In this document: piece after piece, positions 39,077 to 48,878 of the stretch
Layout of the letters: each line of letters opens with the position of its first letter
Position numbering within the stretch: position 1 is the first letter of the stretch
NCBI GenBank assembly: GCA_035461305.1
Contig: DATHVN010000036.1
Location: forward strand, 9,977-73,976
Reading direction: 5' to 3'
Origin: Euzebyales bacterium
GTDB taxonomy: Bacteria; Actinomycetota; Nitriliruptoria; Euzebyales; JAHELV01
Length of the DNA stretch: 64,000 nucleotides
Made by a program: the position numbers and the translations under genes
Notes under the pieces: generated by a model
Told to the model about the DNA's origin: nothing
What the model saw: the letters and a program-made list of their open reading frames with translations, nothing else
Databases searched by the model: none

Positions 39077-40381
39077 ATGCGATCACGGCCCGCGCCACGC
39101 CTGCGCCTGCACGGGTGGCGCCACCCCACGATCGTGGCCATCGCGCTGCTGGGTGCCGTGACCGGGTTCGCGCAGTTCGCACCGACCGCGTCGCTGTCGG
39201 ACGTCGCGATGACCTTCGGAGCCAACGGGACCGCGGCCGAGCAGGTCGGATTGTCGGCGACGACGGTCGGGCTGGGTCTGGCCGTCATCCGGTCCGCCAG
39301 CCTGGCCGCGCTGCCGATCGCCAGCCTGGCGGACCGGATCGGGCGGCGGCAGGTCATGCTGTGGTGCGTCGGCATCGGGCTGCTGCTCACCGCGACCGCC
39401 GCCCTCAGCCCATCGTTCTGGACGTTCGTGGTCATCGTCGGAGCCAGCCGCCCGCTGTTCTCCGCCACGACCGCTGTGGGCTCCGTGGTCGCCAGCGAGG
39501 AGACCAGCAGCGAGCACCGGACCAGCGCAGTGGCGCTCGCCGCCGCTGGCTACGGCATCGGCACGGGCGTCGCGTCGATCGTGCGCGTACCACTCAATGA
39601 GCTGCTCGGCGTCGGCTTCCGTGGCGTGTTCGCGTGCGCGCTGCCGCTGCTGCTCACGCTTCCCCTGCTCGCGCCGATGCTCGGCGAACCGGACCGCTTC
39701 GTCGCGCTGAGAGAGCGGCGCGCCACCGGCCCGCGGCCACGGCTGCGCGCCCTGTCCACCGTGAACCCGAGGCTGCGCGGCCGCCTGCTGCTCCTGACCG
39801 CGCTCGCGTTCACCTTCAACATGGTGACCGGGCCGAACAACACCTACCTGTTCTTCTACGGGGAGGGGCGGCTCGGCGTCAGCCCGGCGACCATGGCCGG
39901 GGTGGTCATCGTCTCGGGCGTCCTGGGCCTGGTCGGACTGCTGGTCGGCCGCTGGGCATCGGACCGCCTGGGCAGGCGCGTCGCCTGCGTCACGTTCCAC
40001 CTGCTGATGGCCGTCGCGGCGGTCGTGACGTACAGCGGCGCGGTCGTGGGGCTCGTCGTCGGTTTCTGGACGGGGATCCTCGCCCAGGGGGCGTACGGAC
40101 CGGCGTTCGGCGCGCTGTCGACGGAGGTGTTCCCGACCAGCATCCGCGCGACCACGCAGGGCTGGGTGGCGGCGTCCGGGGTGCTGGGGGCGGTCACCGG
40201 GCTGCTGCTGTTCGGGGCGCTGAGCGACGTCACGGGTTCGTTCACCATGGCCGCGCTGATGGTGTGCATCACGGGGGCGGTCACGGCGGTGGGCTACCGG
40301 TGGTTCCCGGAGACCGTTGGGCTCGAGCTCGAGGAGAGCGCACCGGAGATCGACGACGCTCAGCCCGTGGTCGACGGCTGA
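39077..40381 (+). CDS. MFS transporter
   Basis: About 12 predicted TM helices with 'LADRIGRRQV' and 'ASDRLGRRV' (MFS motif-A-like loops in both halves). Track ORF trimmed to the ATG at 39077. Confidence 0.78.
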   Translation: MRSRPAPRLRLHGWRHPTIVAIALLGAVTGFAQFAPTASLSDVAMTFGANGTAAEQVGLSATTVGLGLAVIRSASLAALPIASLADRIGRRQVMLWCVGIGLLLTATAALSPSFWTFVVIVGASRPLFSATTAVGSVVASEETSSEHRTSAVALAAAGYGIGTGVASIVRVPLNELLGVGFRGVFACALPLLLTLPLLAPMLGEPDRFVALRERRATGPRPRLRALSTVNPRLRGRLLLLTALAFTFNMVTGPNNTYLFFYGEGRLGVSPATMAGVVIVSGVLGLVGLLVGRWASDRLGRRVACVTFHLLMAVAAVVTYSGAVVGLVVGFWTGILAQGAYGPAFGALSTEVFPTSIRATTQGWVAASGVLGAVTGLLLFGALSDVTGSFTMAALMVCITGAVTAVGYRWFPETVGLELEESAPEIDDAQPVVDG

Positions 40382-40421
40382 TCGACATGCTCACACGGCA
40401 CGGTCGCGTCGGCGGGTCCCG

Positions 40422-41417
40422 TCAGCTGTGGTCGACGCGGACGAGCACGCGTCCGCGGATGGCGCCCTGCAGGATCGCGTCGAGCGTGGCCTCGAGCTCG
40501 TCGAGGCCGACCTCCCGGCTGGCGTCCAGTTGGCGCGGACGCAGGTCGTCGGCCAACCGAGCCCACAGCGCCCGCCGATCTTCGATCGGGTGGTTGGCCG
40601 AGTCGATGCCCGCCAGTGTGACGCCACGCAGGATGAAGGGTGCGACGGTTGTCTCGAGCTTCAGGCCCGCAGTGTTGCCGCTGGCCGCGACGAGCCCACC
40701 GTTCGCCAGCTGCGACAGGATCGCCGCCAGCGTTGCGCCGCCCACGCTGTCGACCGCGGCCGCCCAGCGCTGCTTGTCCAGCGGCCGGATGTCGTCGGTC
40801 TCGAGCCGGTCGATGATCTCCGCGGCACCGCGGTCGCGCAGCCATTCGTGCGCCTCGGCGTCACCGGTGCTGGCCACCACCTCGTAGCCCTGGCCGGCCA
40901 GCAGATCGACGCCCACGCTGCCGACGCCGCCACTGGCGCCGGTGACCAGCACCGGGCCGTCATCCGGGGTGATGCCGTGCTCCTGGATGCGCTGGACCGA
41001 CATGGCGGCGGTGAAGCCAGCTGTGCCGATCGTCATGGCCTCCTTCGCCGAGAGACCCTCCAGCGGCACGATCCACCCGGCGGGTACCCGCGCGTACTGC
41101 GCGTACCCACCATGGTGGGACACCCCGAGTGCGTAGCCGTGCGCGAGCACCGTGTCGCCCACGGCGTGGTCGGCCGTGGACGACTCCACCACCGTGCCCG
41201 CCATGTCGATGCCGGGGATCAATGGCGAGATGCGCGCGACCCGACCGTTGGGGATCGTCGCGAGGGCGTCCTTGAAGTTGACGCTCGACCACGCGACCCG
41301 GATCACCACGTCGCCGTCCGCAAGGTCGGCGCTGTCGACCTGGCGCACATCGCGACGCACCTCGTCGTCGTCTCTGGTGGCCACGAAAGCCACGAATCGT
41401 TCCGGCATGCCCGACAT
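40422..41417 (-). CDS. MDR-superfamily NADPH-dependent oxidoreductase, YhdH/AcuI (acryloyl-CoA reductase)-like
   Basis: 'VNFKDALA', 'PGIDMAGTV' and 'VLVTGASGGVGSVGV'. ATG at 41417 preceded by GGGAGCAGGA. Confidence 0.78.
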   Translation of the reverse strand: MSGMPERFVAFVATRDDDEVRRDVRQVDSADLADGDVVIRVAWSSVNFKDALATIPNGRVARISPLIPGIDMAGTVVESSTADHAVGDTVLAHGYALGVSHHGGYAQYARVPAGWIVPLEGLSAKEAMTIGTAGFTAAMSVQRIQEHGITPDDGPVLVTGASGGVGSVGVDLLAGQGYEVVASTGDAEAHEWLRDRGAAEIIDRLETDDIRPLDKQRWAAAVDSVGGATLAAILSQLANGGLVAASGNTAGLKLETTVAPFILRGVTLAGIDSANHPIEDRRALWARLADDLRPRQLDASREVGLDELEATLDAILQGAIRGRVLVRVDHS

Positions 41418-41531
41418 CCGTCCTGCTCCCTGCTCCGCTCCACGCGTCACGGACCACCCTGCCCGCCGGGTGCGCGCGACAACCGGCGGTAGCCTTACGC
41501 GCTGTCACCTCATCCGGAAGGTCCCACGCCC

Positions 41532-42647
41532 GTGCTGCGCCCGCTGCTGGTCACCAACGACTTCCTGCCCGACGTCGGGGGGATCCAGCAGTACGTAGCG
41601 CAGATCGCGGCGCACCTCGACGGCGTCGGCGTGTTCGCGCCGGCCCACCCCGACGCCGATGACGCGGCACTGGGCTATCCCGTGTGGCGCGGTCCGCGCC
41701 GGTACCTGTGGCCCACCCCGGCGACCCGTCGGGCGCTGCAGGCAGCCGTTACCGCGCACAGCGCGACGGTCGTGATCTTCATGGCACCGGCGCCGCTGAC
41801 CCCGCTGGGACCGTCGACCAGCGTGCCGTGGGTCGTGTGCTGCCATGGCGCCGAACTGGTGGTTCCCGCGCGCGTCCCGGGACTGCGCCAGGTGTTCGCG
41901 TCAGTCCTGCGCCGTGCGGACGGGCTGCACGCGGTGAGTGGATACACCGCCGCGGTGCTGCGAGATCTTGTCGGGCCCGACGGTGCGACCGTCAGCCTCG
42001 TGCGCAACGGCGTGGACCTGACGCACTTCCACCCGGGCGTCGACGCGACCGCCGTGCTGGAACGGCACGGCCTGGGCGCGAACCCCGTCGTCGTCGCAGT
42101 CGGCCGGCTGGTGCCACGCAAGGGCCAGGACCGCCTGATCCAGGCCCTGCCGCAGGTGCGCGACGCCGTCGGTGACGTGCGCCTGCTGATCGTCGGCGAG
42201 GGTCGGGACCGACGGCGCCTGGAGCACCTGGCCCGGCGGCATGCACCCGGGGCGGTGACGTTCGCCGGCCGGGTGGGCTGGCCGGACCTGCCGGCGCACT
42301 ACCGCGCGGGCGCGGTGTTCGCCCACCCGAACCGCAGCCGCTGGGGCGGGCTGGAGCAGGAGGGCTTCGGGGTCGTGTTCCTTGAGGCGCAGGCGTGCGG
42401 CGTGCCGGTGCTGGCGGGGCGGAGCGGAGGCAGCCCCGAGGCGCTGGACGACGGCGTGACCGGCCTGCTGGTCGACGGTACGGAGGTCGGCGAGGTCGCT
42501 GACGCGCTGATCGCGCTGCTGAGCTCGCCGGGGACCGTGAAGCGGATGGGCGCTGCGGCGCGCGCGTGGGTGGAGGCTGACTGGTCATGGGACACGATCG
42601 TTGCGCGGTTCGCCGACGACCTGCGCATGGTCACCGCCGACGCCTGA
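41532..42647 (+). CDS. GT4-family glycosyltransferase, PimB'-like (phosphatidylinositol mannoside mannosyltransferase-type)
   Basis: 371 aa. The N-terminus 'LLVTNDFLPDVGGIQQYV' resembles mycobacterial PimB', and the C-terminal half has the GT4 'EGFGVVFLEAQACGVPVLAGRSGG' motif. Confidence 0.78.
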   Translation: MLRPLLVTNDFLPDVGGIQQYVAQIAAHLDGVGVFAPAHPDADDAALGYPVWRGPRRYLWPTPATRRALQAAVTAHSATVVIFMAPAPLTPLGPSTSVPWVVCCHGAELVVPARVPGLRQVFASVLRRADGLHAVSGYTAAVLRDLVGPDGATVSLVRNGVDLTHFHPGVDATAVLERHGLGANPVVVAVGRLVPRKGQDRLIQALPQVRDAVGDVRLLIVGEGRDRRRLEHLARRHAPGAVTFAGRVGWPDLPAHYRAGAVFAHPNRSRWGGLEQEGFGVVFLEAQACGVPVLAGRSGGSPEALDDGVTGLLVDGTEVGEVADALIALLSSPGTVKRMGAAARAWVEADWSWDTIVARFADDLRMVTADA

Positions 42648-42783
42648 CCCGCCGCTCCGGGCTGTCCGGAACGTCACATCGGCGGGCTGATCCACAGAGC
42701 TGGCACCGCCCCGCACTTTGGAGGAGTCAACCCGGTCAACCTGACGGACGGCGCTCCCCGAGGTGGGTCGGGTCATGCAGTGG

Positions 42784-44097
42784 TCAGGGGCGGCAGGCGT
42801 CGTCGCCGCCCAGGCGCGCCGCCAGCTCGAGACGACTGGCCGCAGGCGGGTGGCTCCACCACCACAGCCGCGCCCAGGTGGGCGGGGCGGGGTCCGACAG
42901 GTTGCGCTCGACGAGCCCGCGCTGCACGGCGCAGTAGTCGCGGTACGCGCCCGTGAGCTGCAACGCCCCCAGGTCGGCGGCCGCCTCCGCCCGACGGCTG
43001 GTCCACGCGATGACCGGCGACGAGGTCAGCAACGCAACGACGAGCACGGCGACGACGACGCCCGCCGCGTACGGATCGGCGCGTTCACGTTGGAGCCCCA
43101 GGCGGATCCGCCGGCACACGACCAGCTCGACGAGCAGGCACAGTACGAGCAGGCCGGCGGAACCCGCGAGCACGCCCCGCAGGACGTCGTGGTTACGCTC
43201 GTGCGCCAGCTCGTGCGCGACGATCAGCGCGATCTCTTCGGGGCGACGCTCGAGCAGCGTGTCGAACAGCACGATCCGGCGCGTCCCGGCGAGTCCGGAC
43301 ACGTACGCGTTCTGCCGGGTCGTCCTGCGGCTGGCGTCGGCGACCAACAGCGCGGCGTCCGTGCCACCGTCGGCCTCGAGCACGGCAGTCAGGGCCTCGC
43401 GGACCGGGCCATCGGGCAACGGCGTCGTGTCGTAGCGCAGAGGCTCCAGGACCAGCGGCGCAGCCAGCGTCGTGGCGGCGATCGCCAGCGCGCCGAGCGG
43501 AACAGCGAGCAGGATCCAGTGGCGCGGCCAGCGACGGGCCAGCGCGTAGCCGACGGCGAGCACGAGCGCGACCCCGAGCGCCATGACGGACACTTCGATG
43601 GCGCGATCGCCGGCCCACCCGGCCACCGACTGGGTCGACAGGCCGAACGCGCGGGCGTGCCCGTACGCCCACAGATCCACCGGCAGCCCCGCCGCCGCCG
43701 TGACGACGACCACCACGACCGCGACGGCCGCAGCCGCACGCGCCGCACGCGTGGAACCGACGACGTCGACCACACGGGCCACGAGCGCGCGACCCCACGG
43801 GGTGACGGCGATCACCACGGGCACCACCAGCTCGATGGCCGTCCCGATCACCCCCGCTAGGCGCAGCGGCTGCTGGTACGCCGCGATGCGCCGGAGCAGC
43901 GCGGCGTCGAACCACAGCTGTGCGTCGGGCACCGGGCCCAGGTCAGGAGCGAGTGGCCGGGCGATCACCGCGACGATGCCGGCCACCAGGATGGACGTGA
44001 CAGCCGCGGCCCATGGCGCGATGCCGCCGGCCAACCGGTCGCGCGTCACCGTCGCAGCGTCGTCTGCTGCGGGCGCGGACTGCACGTTCCTGGCCAT
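42784..44097 (-). CDS. M48-family (Ste24/HtpX-like) membrane zinc metalloprotease
   Basis: 437 aa, multi-TM, with '[12 protein letters not shown]' (HExxH) and a downstream '[11 protein letters not shown]' region. Confidence 0.8.
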   Translation of the reverse strand: MARNVQSAPAADDAATVTRDRLAGGIAPWAAAVTSILVAGIVAVIARPLAPDLGPVPDAQLWFDAALLRRIAAYQQPLRLAGVIGTAIELVVPVVIAVTPWGRALVARVVDVVGSTRAARAAAAVAVVVVVVTAAAGLPVDLWAYGHARAFGLSTQSVAGWAGDRAIEVSVMALGVALVLAVGYALARRWPRHWILLAVPLGALAIAATTLAAPLVLEPLRYDTTPLPDGPVREALTAVLEADGGTDAALLVADASRRTTRQNAYVSGLAGTRRIVLFDTLLERRPEEIALIVAHELAHERNHDVLRGVLAGSAGLLVLCLLVELVVCRRIRLGLQRERADPYAAGVVVAVLVVALLTSSPVIAWTSRRAEAAADLGALQLTGAYRDYCAVQRGLVERNLSDPAPPTWARLWWWSHPPAASRLELAARLGGDDACRP

Positions 44098-44180
44098 GTC
44101 CCGCCAGCGTGCCCGCCGGTGGGACCTGTGTCAGCCGGCGGGTTGTGCGGACTGGACCAATCCCGACCAGAGGTCTGCCG

Positions 44181-44381
44181 TCACCGGGACACCGACCGAT
44201 CGAGCGGCAGGAAGCGGTTGCGCGGGGCCAGACCGGCGCGCTGCAGCGCTCTGATGGCCCGAGCCTGCTCGAGGTCGAGGACGACCGCGTCGTCCTCGTC
44301 CCGGTTGAGCACCGCGGTGACGATGCAGTCGTCGCACGCGACGGTGTGCTGCATCGCGCAGTCCGCACAGTCGATCCGCAT
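44181..44381 (-). CDS. Small Cys-rich hypothetical protein (putative zinc-ribbon-like)
   Basis: 66 aa starting '[25 protein letters not shown]...' with CxxC...CxxC spacing. ATG at 44381 preceded by GGAGG. Confidence 0.5.
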   Translation of the reverse strand: MRIDCADCAMQHTVACDDCIVTAVLNRDEDDAVVLDLEQARAIRALQRAGLAPRNRFLPLDRSVSR

Positions 44382-44472
44382 GGCACACACCTCCGAGGAG
44401 CGAACATCTGTTCGATACAGTAGCACGTCGCCACGCGGCGACGGCTACGGTTCTCCCCGCCCCACGAGGCCC

Positions 44473-45053
44473 GTGTCCGATGACCTGAGGACACCATGGA
44501 CACCCCGCGTCGTCTGGTTCCGCCGCGACCTGCGGCTCGACGACCATCCCACGCTGCACGCGACGCTCGACGGGGCCGGCGACGACACCCGGATCGTGCA
44601 GCTGTTCGTGTGGGACCCCGCGATCGCCGAACGAGGTCGGGTGAACCGCCGCATCGGCTGCATGCACACCCGCGCACGCATGATCGTCGCCAGCTTCCTG
44701 TGCAAGGACCTGCTGATCGACTGGCGCATCGGGGAGCGGCACTTCCTCAGGGACCTGATTGACGGCGACCTGGCCAGCAACAACGGCAGCTGGCAGTGGG
44801 CGGCCGGCACCGGCATCGATGCGGAGCCGTACTTCGCATCTTCGACTCCGTCACACATGGCGAGCGCTTCGATCCCGACGGGGCGTACGGCCGCCGGTCA
44901 ATACCAGTGCTCGCTGACGTCCCCGAGGCGCACATCCACCACCCGTGGGACAGGCCCGAGGACGTCGCGGCCGGATGCGGGATGAGGGTCGGCGAGGACT
45001 ACCCTGCCCCCATCGTCGTCCACGACGACCCTCGTCAGCGCGCGCTGGAGTGA
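44473..45053 (+). pseudogene. phr: Deoxyribodipyrimidine photolyase remnant with an internal deletion of roughly 260 codons plus a frameshift
   Basis: The N-terminal '[18 protein letters not shown]...LFVWDP' is joined directly to the C-terminal FAD-binding part '[60 protein letters not shown]'. The frame then shifts (~44835) into '[27 protein letters not shown]...YPAPIVVHD'. The total is about 190 codons against about 450 expected. Confidence 0.75.
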
Positions 45054-45289
45054 TTTCGACACCCACTGCACCGGCTCGTGACCGCGGACGGCGCGGCGAC
45101 CGGTTAGGCTTGCACCTTCGACGTACGGCGCGTCGAAGCCGTACGACTGGACCGGGCGGACGCCGGCCGGCCCAGTGAGCGGCCCGCGACGCCGCGGACG
45201 CCGGACCCGACGCACGGCCAGACCGACCTGCCACCCGACCCCTGTCCACCGCACAACCACGAGCGGTCCCCCTTCGAGCGGGAGAGAGC

Positions 45290-47032
45290 GTGCCGGGCCA
45301 AAGCTTGCTCATCGTCGCCGCTCTCGGCGGGCTGGCGATCGTCCTCAGCAAGATCGTGCGACGCTTCGTGCCGGAGATCATCGTCTTCCTGGCCCTCGGG
45401 GTGCTGATCGGGCCCGACGGCCCGCTCGGGCTGATCAACGCCGGCAACCTGCCGGTTCTGGACCTGCTCACCGAGATCGCCCTGGCCGCGATCATCTTCC
45501 TGATGGGCGACCGGCTGCGCATCGACGACCTGCGTAGCATGAAGCGCCTGCTGCTGCCGCTCAACGTGGCGCAGATCGTTGCGACGGGCCTACTGGTGTT
45601 CGTCGGCGTGCGCGCGGTCGGGGTCGAGCTCCAGATCGCCGCGGTCCTGGGGTTGATCGCCGCGGAGACCGGCGTGCTGACCGTCACGGCCACGATCAAG
45701 CAGGAGCGAGCCGCCGGCCGCCTGACCGACGTGCTGCTGTCGAGCGTCGCGCTGACCAACGTCGCCGTTGCCGCGCTGTTCGGGGTCGCCTTCCCGTTCA
45801 TCCTCGCCGCGTCCGGCGAGGCGACCAGCATGAGCGAGACGCTGCGGGTGTTCGCGCAGATCGTCGTCGCGTCGAGCGCCATCGGCCTGCTCGCCGGACT
45901 GATCCTGCGCACGTACGGGGCGGCGATCGAGACGTCCGGCGAGCTGCTGCTGTTTCTGGTCCTCATGTTCACGGGCATGACCGGCGCGGCGATCGCCGTC
46001 GACGGCTCGGTGGTCGTCACGGCCCTGGTCGCGGGGCTGTTCATCGCAAACGCCACGCCATGGCTGGCCGACCGCTTCTTCGCCGCGATCCGCACGCTCG
46101 AGGCGCCGATCTACCTGATCTTCTTCATCGTCGCAGGGGCCGACATCCACCTCGAGGAACTCGCCAGCGTCGGGCTCATCGGAACCGTGTACGTCGTCGC
46201 GCGCGCGGTGGGCAAGGTAGGCGGCTCGGCGATCGGTGTGCTGCCAGCGGGCCTGGACAAGCTGCGTCTGGGCATGCGCACCGGCATGGCCCTGCTCCCC
46301 CACGCAGGCATGGCGATCGCGCTGGCCGCCTTCGTCTCCGAGTTCGCACCGGAGCTGGGGTCGGAGGTGTCACCGGTCGTCCTCGGATCGATCGTGGTCT
46401 TCGAGCTGTCCGGTCCGCTGATCGCACGGCGCGTGCTGCGCTCCGCCGGCGACGCGGGCAACGCGGGGGCCAGCGCGGAGTCCGAGCTCGAGCTGTCGGC
46501 GACCCGGACGTTGCGGAAGGTGCTGATCCCCGTCGGCAACCGCACCGTCATCGTCCCGCGCATGCCCTTCCTGCTCGACCTGGTCGGCAGCCTCGGCGCC
46601 GAGGTCGTAGTGGTCCACGTCGCCTACCCGTCGATCGACGACGAGAGCGACGAGCCCGACGTGCTGGCGATGTTCCGCGAGGTCGCTGACAGCCGTGGCA
46701 TCACCTGCACGACCGTCCACCGGCGGTCCGACGCTGTGGCCAGCGTCATCGTCGACGTCGCCGAGAGCGAGTCCGTCGACCTGATCGTGATGGGCGAACC
46801 GGCACGCACGACACTGCTCGAACCGACCAGATGGGGGCTGATCAGCCAGCGGGTCGTGCGCGACGCATCGATGCCTGTCCTCGTCTATCCCGTCGACCCG
46901 AGCAACCCCGAGCAGGTACCCCACATGTACCTGCGCCCCGCCGATCTGGGCGCGGACGGCGACGATGTGTCCGGGCCGAGCACGTCGGCTCCCCGGGGCA
47001 GGACACGGTCGGGCGTTCCCGAGGCACGGTGA
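45290..47032 (+). CDS. CPA2-family cation:proton antiporter fused to a C-terminal universal stress protein (USP) domain
   Basis: 580 aa with an N-terminal ~12 TM Kef/NapA-like domain ('LALGVLIGPDG', 'AETGVLTVTA'). The C-terminal ~150 aa ('KVLIPVGN...VVVVHV...VDLIVMGEPART...VVRDASMPVLVY') follow the USP pattern. Confidence 0.83.
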   Translation: MPGQSLLIVAALGGLAIVLSKIVRRFVPEIIVFLALGVLIGPDGPLGLINAGNLPVLDLLTEIALAAIIFLMGDRLRIDDLRSMKRLLLPLNVAQIVATGLLVFVGVRAVGVELQIAAVLGLIAAETGVLTVTATIKQERAAGRLTDVLLSSVALTNVAVAALFGVAFPFILAASGEATSMSETLRVFAQIVVASSAIGLLAGLILRTYGAAIETSGELLLFLVLMFTGMTGAAIAVDGSVVVTALVAGLFIANATPWLADRFFAAIRTLEAPIYLIFFIVAGADIHLEELASVGLIGTVYVVARAVGKVGGSAIGVLPAGLDKLRLGMRTGMALLPHAGMAIALAAFVSEFAPELGSEVSPVVLGSIVVFELSGPLIARRVLRSAGDAGNAGASAESELELSATRTLRKVLIPVGNRTVIVPRMPFLLDLVGSLGAEVVVVHVAYPSIDDESDEPDVLAMFREVADSRGITCTTVHRRSDAVASVIVDVAESESVDLIVMGEPARTTLLEPTRWGLISQRVVRDASMPVLVYPVDPSNPEQVPHMYLRPADLGADGDDVSGPSTSAPRGRTRSGVPEAR

Positions 47033-47081
47033 TTCGACGGTACTGGCGCATCGAACGCCTGTTCGTCTATGCTCCACGGCG

Positions 47082-48875
47082 ATGCCGCCGACACTTCCCC
47101 ACTGTGGCGCCGTCGACGAGACGGCCCCCCTGCGGGACGTGGCGTTCACCGTGGTCGATCTCGAGACGACCGGCGGGTCGCCCGCGTCGTGCGCGATCAC
47201 CGAAGTCGGCGCGGTCCGCGTCCGCGGCGGCGAGCCCGAGGGCGAGCTGTCGACGCTGGTCAGCCCTGGAGTGGCGATTCCGCGCGCGATCACGGCGCTG
47301 ACCGGGATCAGCGACCACCTCGTCGCGGATGCGCCGGTGATGTCCGCCGTCCTGCCGATGCTGCTCGAACTGCTGCGCAGCTCGGTGCTCGTCGCGCACA
47401 ACGCCCGCTTCGACGTGTCGTTCCTCGACACCGCGCTCACGCGGCACGGCTACCCCCCGATCGACCTGCCGGTCGTGTGCACCGCCACGCTCGCGCGGCG
47501 GCTCGTCCACGACGAGGTCCGCAACTGCAAGCTCGCGACGCTGAGCCGGCACTTCCGGACACGACACACACCATCCCACCGCGCACTTCCCGATGCGCGG
47601 GCCACGGTCGAGGTCCTCCACGCGCTGCTCGAGCGCGCGGCGGGTGTGGGCGTGACGACCGTCGCCGGCCTGCTCGAGCTCTGCAGGCGCCGTGACCTGT
47701 CGACCGTCACCCAGCGGCACCGCCTCGCGGACCGGCTGCCGACGAAGCCCGGCGTCTACGCGTTCCGTTCGGCAGCCGGTGAGGTGCTCTACGTCGGCAA
47801 GGCGGTCGATCTGCGCGCCCGCGTCCGCACCTACTTCGGCAGCGACCCGCGGCGGATGGTGCGGGGCCTGCTGCGGGAGACGGCCCGGATCGACCACCGC
47901 GTGTGCCCGACCGCGATCGAGGCCGAGGTGCGTGAGCTGCGGGCCATCGCCCGCTGGCGCCCGCGGTTCAACCGCCGGTCGAAGCCGCCGAAGCGCGCGG
48001 TATGGCTGAAGCTGACGACCGAACGGTTCCCCCGCCTGTCGATCGTGCGGACCATCCGCGACGACGATGCGACCTACCTGGGACCACTGCGGTCGTCACA
48101 CGATGCCGAGCGCATCCGCGACGCTCTGCACGACGCCCTGCCGTTGCGCCGCTGCACCATGCGGATCGGCGCGCGGACGCGCGCGCCGGCCTGTGCCCTG
48201 GCCGAGATGGCCCGGTGCGCCGCGCCCTGCACCGGGGACGTCTCCCCCGCCGCCTACGGCGCGATCGTCGCGCAGGTGCGCGCAGCGATGCACGACGGAT
48301 CCGGGCGTGCGCTGCCGCGCCTGGAGACACAGATGACCGCACGCAGCCAGGCGGGCCGGTACCGCGAGGCGGGGTGGCGCCGGGACCGCCTGGCGGCGCT
48401 GGCCGACGCAGTCCACCGTCAGCGCACGTCCGCGTCGCTGACCGGCGTGTCGCTGGCGGCGTGGCGAACCGAGGGCGACGGGCGCGCGGCGGTGATCATG
48501 GTCGAGGATGGGCGGCTGGTGGGCAGCGCGACCTGCGTGACGGACGAGGTCGAGGTGATGGCCGCACGGCTGTCCCTGGACGCCTGCGCGACCCGCGACG
48601 ACGGCCCATTCGTCGTGCTGCACGAGCGCCTCCTGTTGAGCCGGTGGCTCGGCGCTGCCGACACGCGACTGCTGTGGGCGCATGGACGGTGGGCCGAACC
48701 GGTCGCCGGCGGTGCTGAGATCGACCGTCTGCTGCGGCGGCTGCGACGGCGCTCCGGCCGTTCCCGGCGCTCGGCGGATGAGCTGCACGACAAGCGGCTG
48801 CGGCGCGGCGGCGGCGCACGACACGACGGCGCCGCGGCACGACCGCAACCACGCGCTCCAGCTCCCCGCGCCTGA
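47082..48875 (+). CDS. DEDD (DnaQ-like) 3'-5' exonuclease domain fused to a GIY-YIG (UvrC-N-like) nuclease domain; Rv2191-type protein
   Basis: Exo motifs 'VVDLETTG', 'VAHNARFDVSFL' and 'HRALPDARATVEV', and GIY-YIG motifs 'PGVYAFRSAAGEVLYVGKA', 'IEAEVRELRAI' and 'PRFN'. Start trimmed to the ATG at 47082. Confidence 0.85.
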   Translation: MPPTLPHCGAVDETAPLRDVAFTVVDLETTGGSPASCAITEVGAVRVRGGEPEGELSTLVSPGVAIPRAITALTGISDHLVADAPVMSAVLPMLLELLRSSVLVAHNARFDVSFLDTALTRHGYPPIDLPVVCTATLARRLVHDEVRNCKLATLSRHFRTRHTPSHRALPDARATVEVLHALLERAAGVGVTTVAGLLELCRRRDLSTVTQRHRLADRLPTKPGVYAFRSAAGEVLYVGKAVDLRARVRTYFGSDPRRMVRGLLRETARIDHRVCPTAIEAEVRELRAIARWRPRFNRRSKPPKRAVWLKLTTERFPRLSIVRTIRDDDATYLGPLRSSHDAERIRDALHDALPLRRCTMRIGARTRAPACALAEMARCAAPCTGDVSPAAYGAIVAQVRAAMHDGSGRALPRLETQMTARSQAGRYREAGWRRDRLAALADAVHRQRTSASLTGVSLAAWRTEGDGRAAVIMVEDGRLVGSATCVTDEVEVMAARLSLDACATRDDGPFVVLHERLLLSRWLGAADTRLLWAHGRWAEPVAGGAEIDRLLRRLRRRSGRSRRSADELHDKRLRRGGGARHDGAAARPQPRAPAPRA

Positions 48876-48878
48876 GCG

